Shown: positions 1 to 8,005, numbered from the stretch's first letter. The stretch is 24,000 nt of DNA from Blastocatellia bacterium (GCA_016789265.1 JAEUQK010000021.1:1-24000); one strand, 5' to 3'. The notes: generated by a model not told the origin, from the letters alone. Translations and numbers: made by a program.

Positions 1-870
1 CGTTCCGTCAGACGGTCTGAATACCGCAAAATCGGCACCGCCCGTTCCGTTGTAGTCTCCGGGAGCGGGAATGTCCGTCGAGGCTCCCCAGGACTGGGAA
101 TAGACGGTAGTGTCGCCAAGCTCCCTCCAATACCATGTCCCGTTCGAGGGTCTGTAAACCGCGAGATTGTCGTCCGCATTGCTATTCGTATAGTTGCCCG
201 GAACGGGAATATCTCCGGATTGACCAAAGCCAGAAACGGTCGTCGTGTTGCCATCAGAACTCTTTCGGATCGTCCAGGTTCCAGAACTGAACGTAGCTAC
301 GTCGGCCTTCCCGTCGCCGTCATAATCGGCCGGAACCGGCTTACCTCCCGACGATCCGAGTGTGTAGGTGGAATAAGAGCTGTCCTGCGAGTTGTGGATC
401 TTGAATTCAGTTGTTTGCGGATGCCATCGACTGATGTCTGCCTTACCATCTTCATCGAAATCAAAATCTACGGCAGCAGCGGGCTGGGGAGGAACGGGAG
501 GAGCTTCAGCGGGTTCCAGTCCCGTGTCACGCGGCCCGAGCTTTCCGAACGTGCTCTTTAACTCGAAGTCGTTGGCCGATGCTGCAGGTACAACCGTTTT
601 GTCGTTGCCAAGAACTTTCCCGAACCAAGTCGCCAGCGTCGTCGCAAGATTTACGCTAAGCATCGGCGATCCGTCGGAACCGATCCTGAAAGGCTGCGGT
701 GGAGGGTTGTTCGGCGGTGCCGCAGTCTGCGGTACCGTCGTCCTCGCTCTTGCATTTTGCCTGCTGTCGATGACGATCAGCGGCGTCAAGAAAGCGATCA
801 GCGTGAAAACAGTAAGCGTGCGGAAATAGATCCGGCCGGAGAGACGATGGGCAACGTCGGTATTTAACAT
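1..870 (-). CDS. FG-GAP/VCBS-repeat secreted or membrane-anchored protein; 3' end lies outside the window (290 codons visible)
   Basis: Absent from the ORF track because no stop lies in the window. My translation of the minus strand from ATG 870-868 is stop-free to position 1. It begins MLNTDVAHRLSGRIYFRTLTVFTLIAFLTPLIVI (hydrophobic anchor or signal), followed by a Pro-rich linker. Repeats follow: DFDFDEDGKADISRW, PADYDGDGKADVATFSSGTW, PGNYTNSNADDNLAVYRPSNGTWYW and PGDYNGTGGADFAVFRPSDGT, which is the FG-GAP/VCBS signature. AAGGAAG lies about 9 nt upstream of the ATG. Confidence 0.75.
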   Translation of the reverse strand, partial: MLNTDVAHRLSGRIYFRTLTVFTLIAFLTPLIVIDSRQNARARTTVPQTAAPPNNPPPQPFRIGSDGSPMLSVNLATTLATWFGKVLGNDKTVVPAASANDFELKSTFGKLGPRDTGLEPAEAPPVPPQPAAAVDFDFDEDGKADISRWHPQTTEFKIHNSQDSSYSTYTLGSSGGKPVPADYDGDGKADVATFSSGTWTIRKSSDGNTTTVSGFGQSGDIPVPGNYTNSNADDNLAVYRPSNGTWYWRELGDTTVYSQSWGASTDIPAPGDYNGTGGADFAVFRPSDGT

Positions 871-1260
871 GGCGTTAGGCTTCCTTAACGCTCCACGAAA
901 CCAAAGCCTCTTGGGAGACATGTTTCAGGGAGTGGGTCTTACTTCTGGAAAAACAAAACTCTGATTTATGATCGAAAAAGAACCGGACCAGGGGGCCCAG
1001 ACATCGAAAACAACTCCAGGTACATGATGCGATCGACTACGATCTGTTATTCAGAGATACCGGCGCGAAACGCATGATCGCCCTGATTCACAAGACTGTT
1101 CCAATGTTACTCGGACTGTACCTTGCGGTCCTTACCGAACAAATTACCGCCCGTTTGCCGGTAAATCGGTGACCGCCATCACCGTTCAAGAGTGATCGAT
1201 ATCGGCGTACGATGTTTCTCTGGATAAGACTCATGGAACCTTGCGATCTCCTTAACACGC

Positions 1261-1293
1261 AAAGAAAAAAGGAAGTACCGAATTGATACTTCC
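1261..1293 (-). terminator. Rho-independent terminator closing the minus-strand backbone operon
   Basis: Inverted repeat GGAAGTA (1271-1277) / TACTTCC (1287-1293) with a 9-nt loop. On the minus strand the hairpin is followed by TTTTTTCTTT (complement of 1261-1270). It lies 37 nt downstream of the DUF932 stop at 1330. Confidence 0.6.
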
Positions 1294-1329
1294 CGAATTT
1301 GTTTTGTAGAAAGGATAGCCGAAGATGAT

Positions 1330-2379
1330 TCAAGCGGCCATTACCTTTGTGTCATATACCTCCTTTGCTGTGTCAGGCGAATCCGGGTCAGCTTTGCCGG
1401 TCTGATGGGAATCGGGATCGGCTTCACGGCCTCCGGATCCAGCACCTCCGTTTCCGAAGCGGTTCGTGTCGTGGCTGATAGCTTCACTACCGCCCCCGTT
1501 TTGTCCCAATGGGACGTGATCGGGATTCAGATGGCCGAATCCATTTCTTTGCACGATCATTTGAGATTCCGGTGCGTTCTCCGGATTTGAACCTCCATCG
1601 GTTTCACCTAACAAGAGAACCGTTCCAGAGGGTGAACCCCCGGCCTTATTTTGAAAGCCGTTCAGGAAGGTGCCGAGCTTTGCCGTCACTTCAAACTGTT
1701 TCATCGGGGCAAGCTGCTTAAAGGCCGATGTAAAGGCGTTTGAGAGCGACCACAGATTGCGCGGCTTGAATTCCTCGTAACCGGGGTCAAAGTAATGATC
1801 ATGGACCACGGACATGAGATTTCTTGGGATCCCTTTTATGGCCTTTTCCATAAACGCCGTATAGATAAACAATCTTGCGTCGTTATCCGTAAGACCGTAG
1901 TCCCTCATAGCCCCGATCTGCCTTTCAAGCGGATCAAAGCCTCGTTGGATGCGGTCTACGGCGATCGAGATCACGTCCTTCAGTTCGAGTTTTCTCGTGT
2001 GCTTGTGGAGCAGGGGCGTGAAGTCGCCCGAAAAGGCCATGTTGTCACAGACCGTGACCCGAAGACCCGCGGTCAGCGCGAGACGCATACTCTTATCGTT
2101 CGAGTTTCGAAGGCCGATGGAGAAGTTCCCGCCGTCAAAACCGGTATTAAGGTCCATCACGCCGAACAACTTCATACCGTCCGGCGAGACGGCATATTCG
2201 TCCCGAATCACATTCATATATCGGAACGAAAGGGCTTCTTCGAGCACTTCAACTATATCGTAATGAGAGAGCGGCTGGTGGGTCCTGGTTCCTTCCGGGA
2301 CCGGGATCTCCTTCAGTTCCTCTCTCGTGACCTTTCGCGCACCGCAGTGCACGATGAGTGTAGAACTTGCATCGTTCAT
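1330..2379 (-). CDS. DUF932-family protein (mobile-element associated) with a low-complexity G/D/P-rich C-terminal tail
   Basis: The 349-aa ORF carries blocks typical of DUF932: GLRNSNDKSMRLALTAGLRVTVCDNMAFSGDF..LHKHTRK and RNLWSLSNAFTSAFKQL. AGGAGG lies 7 nt upstream of the ATG (revcomp of 2383-2398). The last ~100 aa look disordered. Confidence 0.7.
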   Translation of the reverse strand: MNDASSTLIVHCGARKVTREELKEIPVPEGTRTHQPLSHYDIVEVLEEALSFRYMNVIRDEYAVSPDGMKLFGVMDLNTGFDGGNFSIGLRNSNDKSMRLALTAGLRVTVCDNMAFSGDFTPLLHKHTRKLELKDVISIAVDRIQRGFDPLERQIGAMRDYGLTDNDARLFIYTAFMEKAIKGIPRNLMSVVHDHYFDPGYEEFKPRNLWSLSNAFTSAFKQLAPMKQFEVTAKLGTFLNGFQNKAGGSPSGTVLLLGETDGGSNPENAPESQMIVQRNGFGHLNPDHVPLGQNGGGSEAISHDTNRFGNGGAGSGGREADPDSHQTGKADPDSPDTAKEVYDTKVMAA

Positions 2380-2467
2380 TGATCTTTCCTCCTATTTGTC
2401 TGTTTTGGTTGTTTTTTAGTCGGTTCGCTTGACCGGAACCGGACGAGACTACCCTTTTGAGCGGCCG

Positions 2468-4288
2468 CTAGTCACGTGGGTCCCACTTCTCGGAAAACAG
2501 CCGCGGGATCGCGACGTCCTTCTTCTTCGCCTGGACCGCATCAAGGTAAGCCTTGTGAGCTTCATGATGCTTCTTCGCACAAAGCTCAAGCCGGACTTCG
2601 GCATCGATCAACGCGTAGTCGACCTTAAACTCTCTGGCAAGCTGTCTCACCTCGGTTTGTGACGAGTAACCGTTGTTGTAGCCGAGCGATCCCTTGTGAC
2701 CGTGGATCAGAAGGAACAGGACACGGAACTGAACATTTCGTTTTAACGTCTTGATCCGCTCGATCCCGCTTCGTCCTTCGGCAACATGGAAATCTCCACT
2801 CTCCCCGACCCATTCGGGCAGGAGAGTCTTGACGACCGCCTTCAGATTGCTGGAATCGCCCGACGAACTCATTCGCCAGAACTTCGCCAGAAGCTGCGGA
2901 AAGAATTCCACGCCCACGCTCGTAATGCCGAACCTCTTCTCGAACGCTTCGGCAGCTTCTTTGAACACGCGAACGCGAACAACTTCGGCAACCTTTGCAT
3001 TCCAGATCTCTTCACGACGAGCTCGTTTTGATTCCAGATCTGCCGCAGCTGCTGCTTCGTTTGATGAAGTATCGCTCGACAAACCGTTCATGGAGGGCTT
3101 GGACTCCTTCCAGTGGATCTTGCATCCGCTCGATCGAAGGCAGACCTGAAGGGTCTTGCCGTAGTTGTCGGGCTCAATGTCGATCGCACTAACCGAGTCG
3201 CCGCATGGCTTCCTGTCTTCCCCTCGCTTCGAACCGCCGATGACAACGGCGGATTGACTACCGAGATATGTCTCCCCGTCGGAATAAGACCAGCTGCGAA
3301 CGAGCGGGACTTGCAACGGATCGATTCCCGACCTCTCTGCGATCTCGACCCGTTTGACCTCTATATGACGAACCGACTTCTGCCTGAAGCAGGACGGATC
3401 AAGACAAGCATCTTTCCTGCCGATCTGATCGGACGCGAACAGGCTGACTGCCGCTCCGGTCCGATCCGGACATTTCACACACGCAAGTCCGTCATCGCGA
3501 AGGTTGGTCGCCTTTGTGCTGAAGGGTGCCTTCCCTAGCAGATGATGGATGTTCGTGTTTATCCATTCGACAAACGAGCGAAACGGGATGGTCTGCCCCT
3601 TTATCGGTTCGTACACGTAATCCGATCTCTCATACCGGCCTTGTTTCTTATACACCTCTCCGTAGATGACCTGCTGGATGTCCGGGGTATATTTCGCGAT
3701 CTCCAGGGCATAGACGAGCGGAAGGTGTTCGTCGTCGATATCCTTCTGGGCTTCCTCGATCAGCGAGTTCAGCTTCAGGCGGTTATGAACGTAACCCTCC
3801 GGCTTCCCGACCCTGAGTGCGAGTTCCCTGATATCGCAGCCGAGTTTCTCCTTTAGGAGCTGGTAGCCGTAGGCCTCGTCCATCGGGTGAACGTCCTCGC
3901 GGTGGAGATTCTCGTGTATCTGGATGTCGAGCACCTGTTCGACCGTTAGCTCGCGCACAAGGCAAGGAATGGTCTCCAGCGGTGTTAGCTTGCCGTGTTC
4001 GTCCTTGACGGCCCCTGCTGCCCGCCATCGCCGCTCGCCGCAGACGATCTCGAACCCATTCTCCTTCTGCCGGACAATAAGTGGTTCGAGAATACCCTGT
4101 GTCTTGATACTTGCCGCAAGCGATTCGATCGATTGCTCGCCGATCCTCCGCCGCGGATTTGTAGGTGACGGCTGAAGTTCTTTCCTAGGGATCAGTTTGT
4201 AGTCCGGCTGCTCTGCCTGCTTCTTTTTATCGTTGACGTTAGCCGATACCGTTTCGGTCACTTTCGTCAATACTGCTTTTTCTGACAT
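2468..4288 (-). CDS. ParB/Srx-domain (ParB-like nuclease/partition family) protein with a Cys-cluster middle domain
   Basis: ParB box LEPLIVRQKENGFEIVCGERRWRAAG. HTH-like segment CDIRELALRVGKPEGYVHNRLKL. Cys cluster CVKCPDRTG...CLDPSC. I prefer ATG 4288 (MSEKAVLTK...) over the track's GTG at 4441, because 4441 lies inside the upstream 61-aa gene in another frame. Confidence 0.8.
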   Translation of the reverse strand: MSEKAVLTKVTETVSANVNDKKKQAEQPDYKLIPRKELQPSPTNPRRRIGEQSIESLAASIKTQGILEPLIVRQKENGFEIVCGERRWRAAGAVKDEHGKLTPLETIPCLVRELTVEQVLDIQIHENLHREDVHPMDEAYGYQLLKEKLGCDIRELALRVGKPEGYVHNRLKLNSLIEEAQKDIDDEHLPLVYALEIAKYTPDIQQVIYGEVYKKQGRYERSDYVYEPIKGQTIPFRSFVEWINTNIHHLLGKAPFSTKATNLRDDGLACVKCPDRTGAAVSLFASDQIGRKDACLDPSCFRQKSVRHIEVKRVEIAERSGIDPLQVPLVRSWSYSDGETYLGSQSAVVIGGSKRGEDRKPCGDSVSAIDIEPDNYGKTLQVCLRSSGCKIHWKESKPSMNGLSSDTSSNEAAAAADLESKRARREEIWNAKVAEVVRVRVFKEAAEAFEKRFGITSVGVEFFPQLLAKFWRMSSSGDSSNLKAVVKTLLPEWVGESGDFHVAEGRSGIERIKTLKRNVQFRVLFLLIHGHKGSLGYNNGYSSQTEVRQLAREFKVDYALIDAEVRLELCAKKHHEAHKAYLDAVQAKKKDVAIPRLFSEKWDPRD

Positions 4289-4371
4289 TATTTTTGCACC
4301 CCGTTCCAACGGCTCGGTGCCGCCGGTAAAGTGCCTTAGTTTCTTGCCAACTCCTCTCTTATCGCCCGTCT

Positions 4372-4557
4372 TTATTGTTCCGGCAGGGTTTGTCCCTGAT
4401 CCGGTTTCGACTCGAACAGTTCGTGAACACAGTCCCGGCACATCGGTTCGTCCGAAACCGGTACGAACCCCGCGCCGCAGCCTTCACAGTCACGTAACCG
4501 CTCGACGATAAAGTCGTGATCAATACCTGTGCTCTCTAAACTAGAAAGGGATATCAT
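4372..4557 (-). CDS. Small zinc-ribbon protein (61 aa)
   Basis: Two CxxC pairs (CEGC ... CRDC) spaced 13 aa apart. AGGAGG lies ~10 nt upstream of ATG 4557. It overlaps the upstream gene by 17 nt, which suggests operon coupling. Confidence 0.55.
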   Translation of the reverse strand: MISLSSLESTGIDHDFIVERLRDCEGCGAGFVPVSDEPMCRDCVHELFESKPDQGQTLPEQ

Positions 4558-4786
4558 CCTTGACGACCTCCTTTGTTACGGTCTCATCGATCCCGTTTGC
4601 TTCATCTCGCTCTCCGTTGGATTTCGGGTCGCGGATATTGAAGATAAGACCGGGATGGAAATCGAGCTTTAGGTTCAGACTTCCATCACGGCAGACATAC
4701 GCGGCACCGGCCATTCGCCAGAATGTCTGGCGGTTCGGTTCGACGCCGCGTTCTACGATCAGATATACGATCTTGTAATCCGACAT
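4541..4786 (-). CDS. 81-aa protein with an SSB-type C-terminal tail (…KDDIPF); possible minimal ssDNA-binding protein or SSB-tail mimic
   Basis: I verified the translation of the last codons: gag gtc gtc aag gat gat atc cct ttc tag = EVVKDDIPF*. An acidic linker (SNGERDEANGIDETVTKEVVKDD) precedes the tail. GAGGAGGAG sits just upstream of ATG 4786. Confidence 0.6.
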   Translation of the reverse strand: MSDYKIVYLIVERGVEPNRQTFWRMAGAAYVCRDGSLNLKLDFHPGLIFNIRDPKSNGERDEANGIDETVTKEVVKDDIPF

Positions 4787-4799
4787 GATCTCCTCCTCT

Positions 4800-5105
4800 C
4801 TAGGCTGCCTTTTTTAACGGAATGGGCGGCTCGGGCATCCCTTCCGGGCTTTCTCCGTTGCCGCTTGCGCCGTTCGGTCTAAGCTGAACCTGCTTTTCGA
4901 CATAACAGTAGGCACATTTGCCTGCTATCGAGAGATAGCAGGACTTACACACGGACTTTTCGCAGACCCGGCATCTTGTCCAGTTGCATTCCGGCGTCTC
5001 GATCGACGTTATGCAGACAAGGCGACCGAGCGACATAAAGTTTGTCTCGATCGCTCCTTTTAGCTCCCTGCCGCACCTGTGGCAGGAGCCAGTACGTGTT
5101 GACAT
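4800..5105 (-). CDS. Cys-rich zinc-finger protein (101 aa)
   Basis: Several CxxC pairs: CHRCGRE, CRVCEKSVCKSC, CAYC. I place the start at ATG 5105 (MSTRTGSCHRC...), because AAGGAGG lies 7 nt upstream. The track's 5186 start adds 27 lysine/asparagine-rich codons with no RBS. Confidence 0.55.
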   Translation of the reverse strand: MSTRTGSCHRCGRELKGAIETNFMSLGRLVCITSIETPECNWTRCRVCEKSVCKSCYLSIAGKCAYCYVEKQVQLRPNGASGNGESPEGMPEPPIPLKKAA

Positions 5106-5293
5106 ATCTAAGTTCCTCCTTATGTTTTTCTTTTTGTTTTTGTTCTCTGCGTTGCTTGCAGATCCCCCAGGGCACGAAGGGAACAAAGGTGCCTTGGGAG
5201 AACTGCAAACAAACGCGACAGGAGGAATAGGCGAAGAAAAAGCTAAATTAGCGAAAGTTAGCTGAGGAAGAAAGAGCCAAAAGAAGAATGGAA

Positions 5294-6502
5294 TTAAGCA
5301 GGCGGTAGTGTGACGGCGCTAAACGGCCTGGAAATTTTGCCGTCGATCATGAGCTTCAGATAGATGTGGTAGTTCGGCAGGTTTGTAAAATCCGAGAGTC
5401 TGAACTCGGGTGCAAACTCGGGCGCAAGAAACTCCGCGTCGTTGGCCCCGATCCGAAAGACGATGATGGTTCCGGCATTGCCAAGGATCGCATCCCTTAT
5501 TGTCGGTTCAAGCTGGGTCAGGTATTGGTGGGCAAGGACAAGCGAAAGACGGTATTTGCGGAGTTCGGAGAGCATAAAGATCAGGCTCTGCGTCGTGAAG
5601 TTATGGAACTCATCAAGGTAAAGCGTGAAATCCTTGCGCTCGGATTCCGGAATGTTTGCCCGACTCAGTGCTGCCAGATCGAAACGCGAGATGAGAAGCG
5701 AGCCAAGCAAATTGGAAGTATCTTCCCCGATGCTACCCTTTGCCAGATTGACAAGCAGTATCTTGCCCCCGTCCATTACGGAACGGAGATTCAACGGCTT
5801 TTCCGGGTTTGTAAGGATCTTCTGCAAAAGCGGGTGGGAAAGAAACGCTCCTACCTTGTTTTGTATCGGCGCGATCGCTTCTATGCGGAATCGTTCGGGG
5901 TACTTTTCATATTCATACAGCCAGAACTCTCTGACCTGTTTATTGCGGACGGATGCGACCACGATCCTCCGAAACGCTTTCTCATTGAACAATCTCAGGA
6001 TGTCCGACAGATTCGCGTCAGCATAATCGAGAAGGGCGATCAGGCAGTTGCGTAAGATATACTCCAGTCTCGGTCCCCAGGAATCGCTCCAAAGATGTTT
6101 GAAGACCTGGATCAGTCCCGAACACGCAAGTGCTCTTTTTGAGTGAGGGATCTGCGCGATCGGATTGAACCCATATGGCTGTGCGGGATCGGCGGCGTCA
6201 AAATCGATCAGATCGGGAATGCGGCCTTCAGGGATTTGTGATTTGACCCGCTTCAACAGATCGCCGTGCGGGTCAAGCAATGCGAAGCCGAGTCCAGACC
6301 GCATATCGTCGAGCATCATCGACTCCATCAGGGAAGATTTGCCGGTCCCGGTTTTCCCAAGCAGATACATATGCGCCCGGCGATCTGACTGCCTGATCCC
6401 AAAGGTCATCATCTCATTTCGGAAATTAGCATTTGCAAAAAGAGTGATGCTTTCATCACGGGATGCCGGATAATTCTGGAATTTTGCAAGGAGTTGCGTC
6501 AT
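5294..6502 (-). CDS. Soluble TraD/VirD4-like (type IV coupling protein / HerA-FtsK superfamily) P-loop ATPase
   Basis: Walker A LLGKTGTGKSS. Walker B-like FTLYLDEFHNF. AHQ motif LVLAHQYLTQL. There is no N-terminal TM segment. Its start overlaps the stop of the upstream wHTH gene (ATGA at 6499-6502). Confidence 0.7.
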   Translation of the reverse strand: MTQLLAKFQNYPASRDESITLFANANFRNEMMTFGIRQSDRRAHMYLLGKTGTGKSSLMESMMLDDMRSGLGFALLDPHGDLLKRVKSQIPEGRIPDLIDFDAADPAQPYGFNPIAQIPHSKRALACSGLIQVFKHLWSDSWGPRLEYILRNCLIALLDYADANLSDILRLFNEKAFRRIVVASVRNKQVREFWLYEYEKYPERFRIEAIAPIQNKVGAFLSHPLLQKILTNPEKPLNLRSVMDGGKILLVNLAKGSIGEDTSNLLGSLLISRFDLAALSRANIPESERKDFTLYLDEFHNFTTQSLIFMLSELRKYRLSLVLAHQYLTQLEPTIRDAILGNAGTIIVFRIGANDAEFLAPEFAPEFRLSDFTNLPNYHIYLKLMIDGKISRPFSAVTLPPA

Positions 6503-6948
6503 GGCGGTGAATACAATGGTCTTGCTCCGGCCAACCCTCTGCTATCACCACTAACCTGAAACCCCTTCCATTTCAAAATTGAGATCGTCACGTACCTCCC
6601 CGTTCGCTGAACCGATATATATCCTTTTTTCCTTAGCCTATTGAGGTGCAACTGTATGGTACGCAGCGAATAACCGGTGTCCTCGTGCATCGACAATTGA
6701 GTACGGCGAACTACACCGTTTTTGCGGTTTGAATACATTAACAAATACAGGTAAGTCCAAATGGCGGGGCCCATCGCCTGGCGGTGTTTGCTGTTAGGAT
6801 CAGCCACAAGGCCGCGCCAAACCGGTGACCACCAACTTGGCGGCTTTCGATACGCCTGATTCTCGGTTCGGCTGCCGTAGAGTGACGCCGACCGATTTCG
6901 TAGCAGGGAACCGGCGGTTCGAAATGAAGAATTGTTTGGTGAAGGCAT
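6499..6948 (-). CDS. Winged-helix DNA-binding protein (first gene of the backbone operon; possible Rep/regulator)
   Basis: The C-terminal 80 aa, WTYLYLLMYSNRKNGVVRRTQLSMHEDTGYSLRTIQLHLNRLRKKGYISVQRTGRYVTISI, fit the wHTH pattern (helix-turn-helix plus beta wing). It is translationally coupled to the ATPase. Confidence 0.55.
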   Translation of the reverse strand: MPSPNNSSFRTAGSLLRNRSASLYGSRTENQAYRKPPSWWSPVWRGLVADPNSKHRQAMGPAIWTYLYLLMYSNRKNGVVRRTQLSMHEDTGYSLRTIQLHLNRLRKKGYISVQRTGRYVTISILKWKGFQVSGDSRGLAGARPLYSPP

Positions 6949-6950
6949 AA

Positions 6951-6979
6951 AAGGTGAGGTTATTCCTTAATCTCACCTT
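6951..6979. promoter_or_regulatory. 8-bp perfect inverted repeat abutting the start of the backbone operon
   Basis: AAGGTGAG (6951-6958) / CTCACCTT (6972-6979) with a 13-nt spacer, 3 nt from ATG 6948. It could be an operator or a 5' leader hairpin. No functional evidence. Confidence 0.3.
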
Positions 6980-7342
6980 AACAGGATCGATTCAGACTCG
7001 GTAGGTTGAAAAAACCGACAGTTTTTTGGAAATCAGTCGGTAGAAAGACACTTTAGTTATTATTTTTTTATTTACTTTATAGCTAGTTCCGCTAAGCAGG
7101 GAAATAACCAATTTTAAGAGCGAATTTGTCTTTAGCCTAGCGACAAAAAGTGCAGATTTGTGAATCATCTACATGCAAAAATGAGGTTCTTTTCGTGCTG
7201 AATTTGCGACAAAAATCCCGGAATAGGGTGGTGTTCGGTACGTGCAGTGTAAATGTCAGTTATAATTTCGCGAGTTGGATTGTATTCAAGGAGAAATCGT
7301 TCCATGTAGTAATGTAACAGATTAAGGATTCGTGCGAGGATA

Positions 7343-7984
7343 ATGAATACTAAAACCGAGATAGAAGAGGGAAGAGTAAACAACGAACGACAATTCCATG
7401 TCATATATTTGACCGGCGCCCCAGCCTCGGGAAAGAGTACGCTGGTCGAACTGTTAGAAGGAAACTTTCAGCCCATGAAGACCTTTGTATACAGTCGCGT
7501 TTTGGCAGACTATTTAAGGGAGAAATCTGTTCGTCAATATTCACAAGATCACCTTCGCGAGAAGTCAGCGCAACTCATAACTCCCGACGATATAGAAATC
7601 GTGGATACCCGGCTTCTTGACTTCGTTACGGAGAATGCGAAAAAGGCTCATATTGTTATTGACTCGCATGCGGTAACCAAGGAAACGTACGGCTTCAGAG
7701 TGACGCCATTTTCGCTAGAACAGTTGAGGAAACTGAGTCCAACTCTAATTTTTGTCCTCTATACCGCTCCTTCCGTGATTTTGAACAGGATAAAGAATAA
7801 CAGTCAAGGCAGGCCGACCGTCTCGGAGTTTGAAGCCGGGTTTCATTCCGAGCTTCAAGCAACCGTTGCTTTAATTTACGGTATTCAGATAGGAATACCG
7901 GTATATTTCTTGGACAGTGACCGACCGTCTGATGATCTCGTAAGCGAAGTCGTAAAGCGAATTGAACGGGCTGCTGGAAAATAA
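7343..7984 (+). CDS. P-loop nucleotide kinase resembling archaeal-type adenylate kinase (AdkA-like)
   Basis: Walker A LTGAPASGKST. The order of blocks is as I recall it in archaeal AdkA: P-loop, then IVIDSHAVTKETYGFRVTPF (compare VDTHxxVxTPxGYLPGLP), then PTLIFVLYTAPSVILNRIKN..QGRP (compare LIxVxExxxxEILxRRxxDxxRxRD). GAGGA lies 2 nt (TA) upstream of the ATG. Confidence 0.5.
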   Translation: MNTKTEIEEGRVNNERQFHVIYLTGAPASGKSTLVELLEGNFQPMKTFVYSRVLADYLREKSVRQYSQDHLREKSAQLITPDDIEIVDTRLLDFVTENAKKAHIVIDSHAVTKETYGFRVTPFSLEQLRKLSPTLIFVLYTAPSVILNRIKNNSQGRPTVSEFEAGFHSELQATVALIYGIQIGIPVYFLDSDRPSDDLVSEVVKRIERAAGK

Positions 7985-8005
7985 CTGGAAGCCGAAGCAA
8001 TGTAA

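Noticed and set aside
220-829. Plus-strand ORFs 220-561 and 392-829 from the track
   Set aside because: They lie antisense to a stop-free minus-strand frame with clear FG-GAP/VCBS repeats. Their translations are low-complexity, R/S/G-rich, and show no motifs.
1088-1333. 81-aa minus-strand ORF in the 870-1330 spacer
   Set aside because: It has no RBS, overlaps the stop of the DUF932 gene, runs straight through the terminator hairpin at 1261-1293, and its sequence is basic and low-complexity. It is probably non-coding.
1795-2382. 195-aa plus-strand ORF (and 1949-2263, 1405-1721)
   Set aside because: They are fully antisense to the DUF932 gene, which has strong family motifs and an AGGAGG RBS. 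These are shadow ORFs.
4289-4441. N-terminal 51-codon extension of the ParB-like ORF (track start 4441)
   Set aside because: The 4441 codon is GTG and lies inside the 61-aa zinc-ribbon gene in another frame. The extension (PGLCSRTVRVETGSG...) is not ParB-like. ATG 4288 begins right after that gene ends.
5366-6055. 229-aa plus-strand ORF (and 5625-6026, 6165-6473)
   Set aside because: They are antisense shadows of the Walker A/B ATPase gene, with no motifs and no RBS.
6905-6930. tRNA-like GGTTCGAA T-loop sequence at about 6915-6922
   Set aside because: The flanking bases cannot form a T-stem (CGGCG ... ATGAA are not complementary), no acceptor or anticodon arms can be drawn, and it lies inside the wHTH coding frame.
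7165-7404. 79-aa minus-strand ORF in the AT-rich spacer
   Set aside because: It overlaps the kinase start and promoter region, is AT-rich with a hydrophobic/low-complexity translation, and has no RBS. This looks like a chance ORF in AT-rich DNA.
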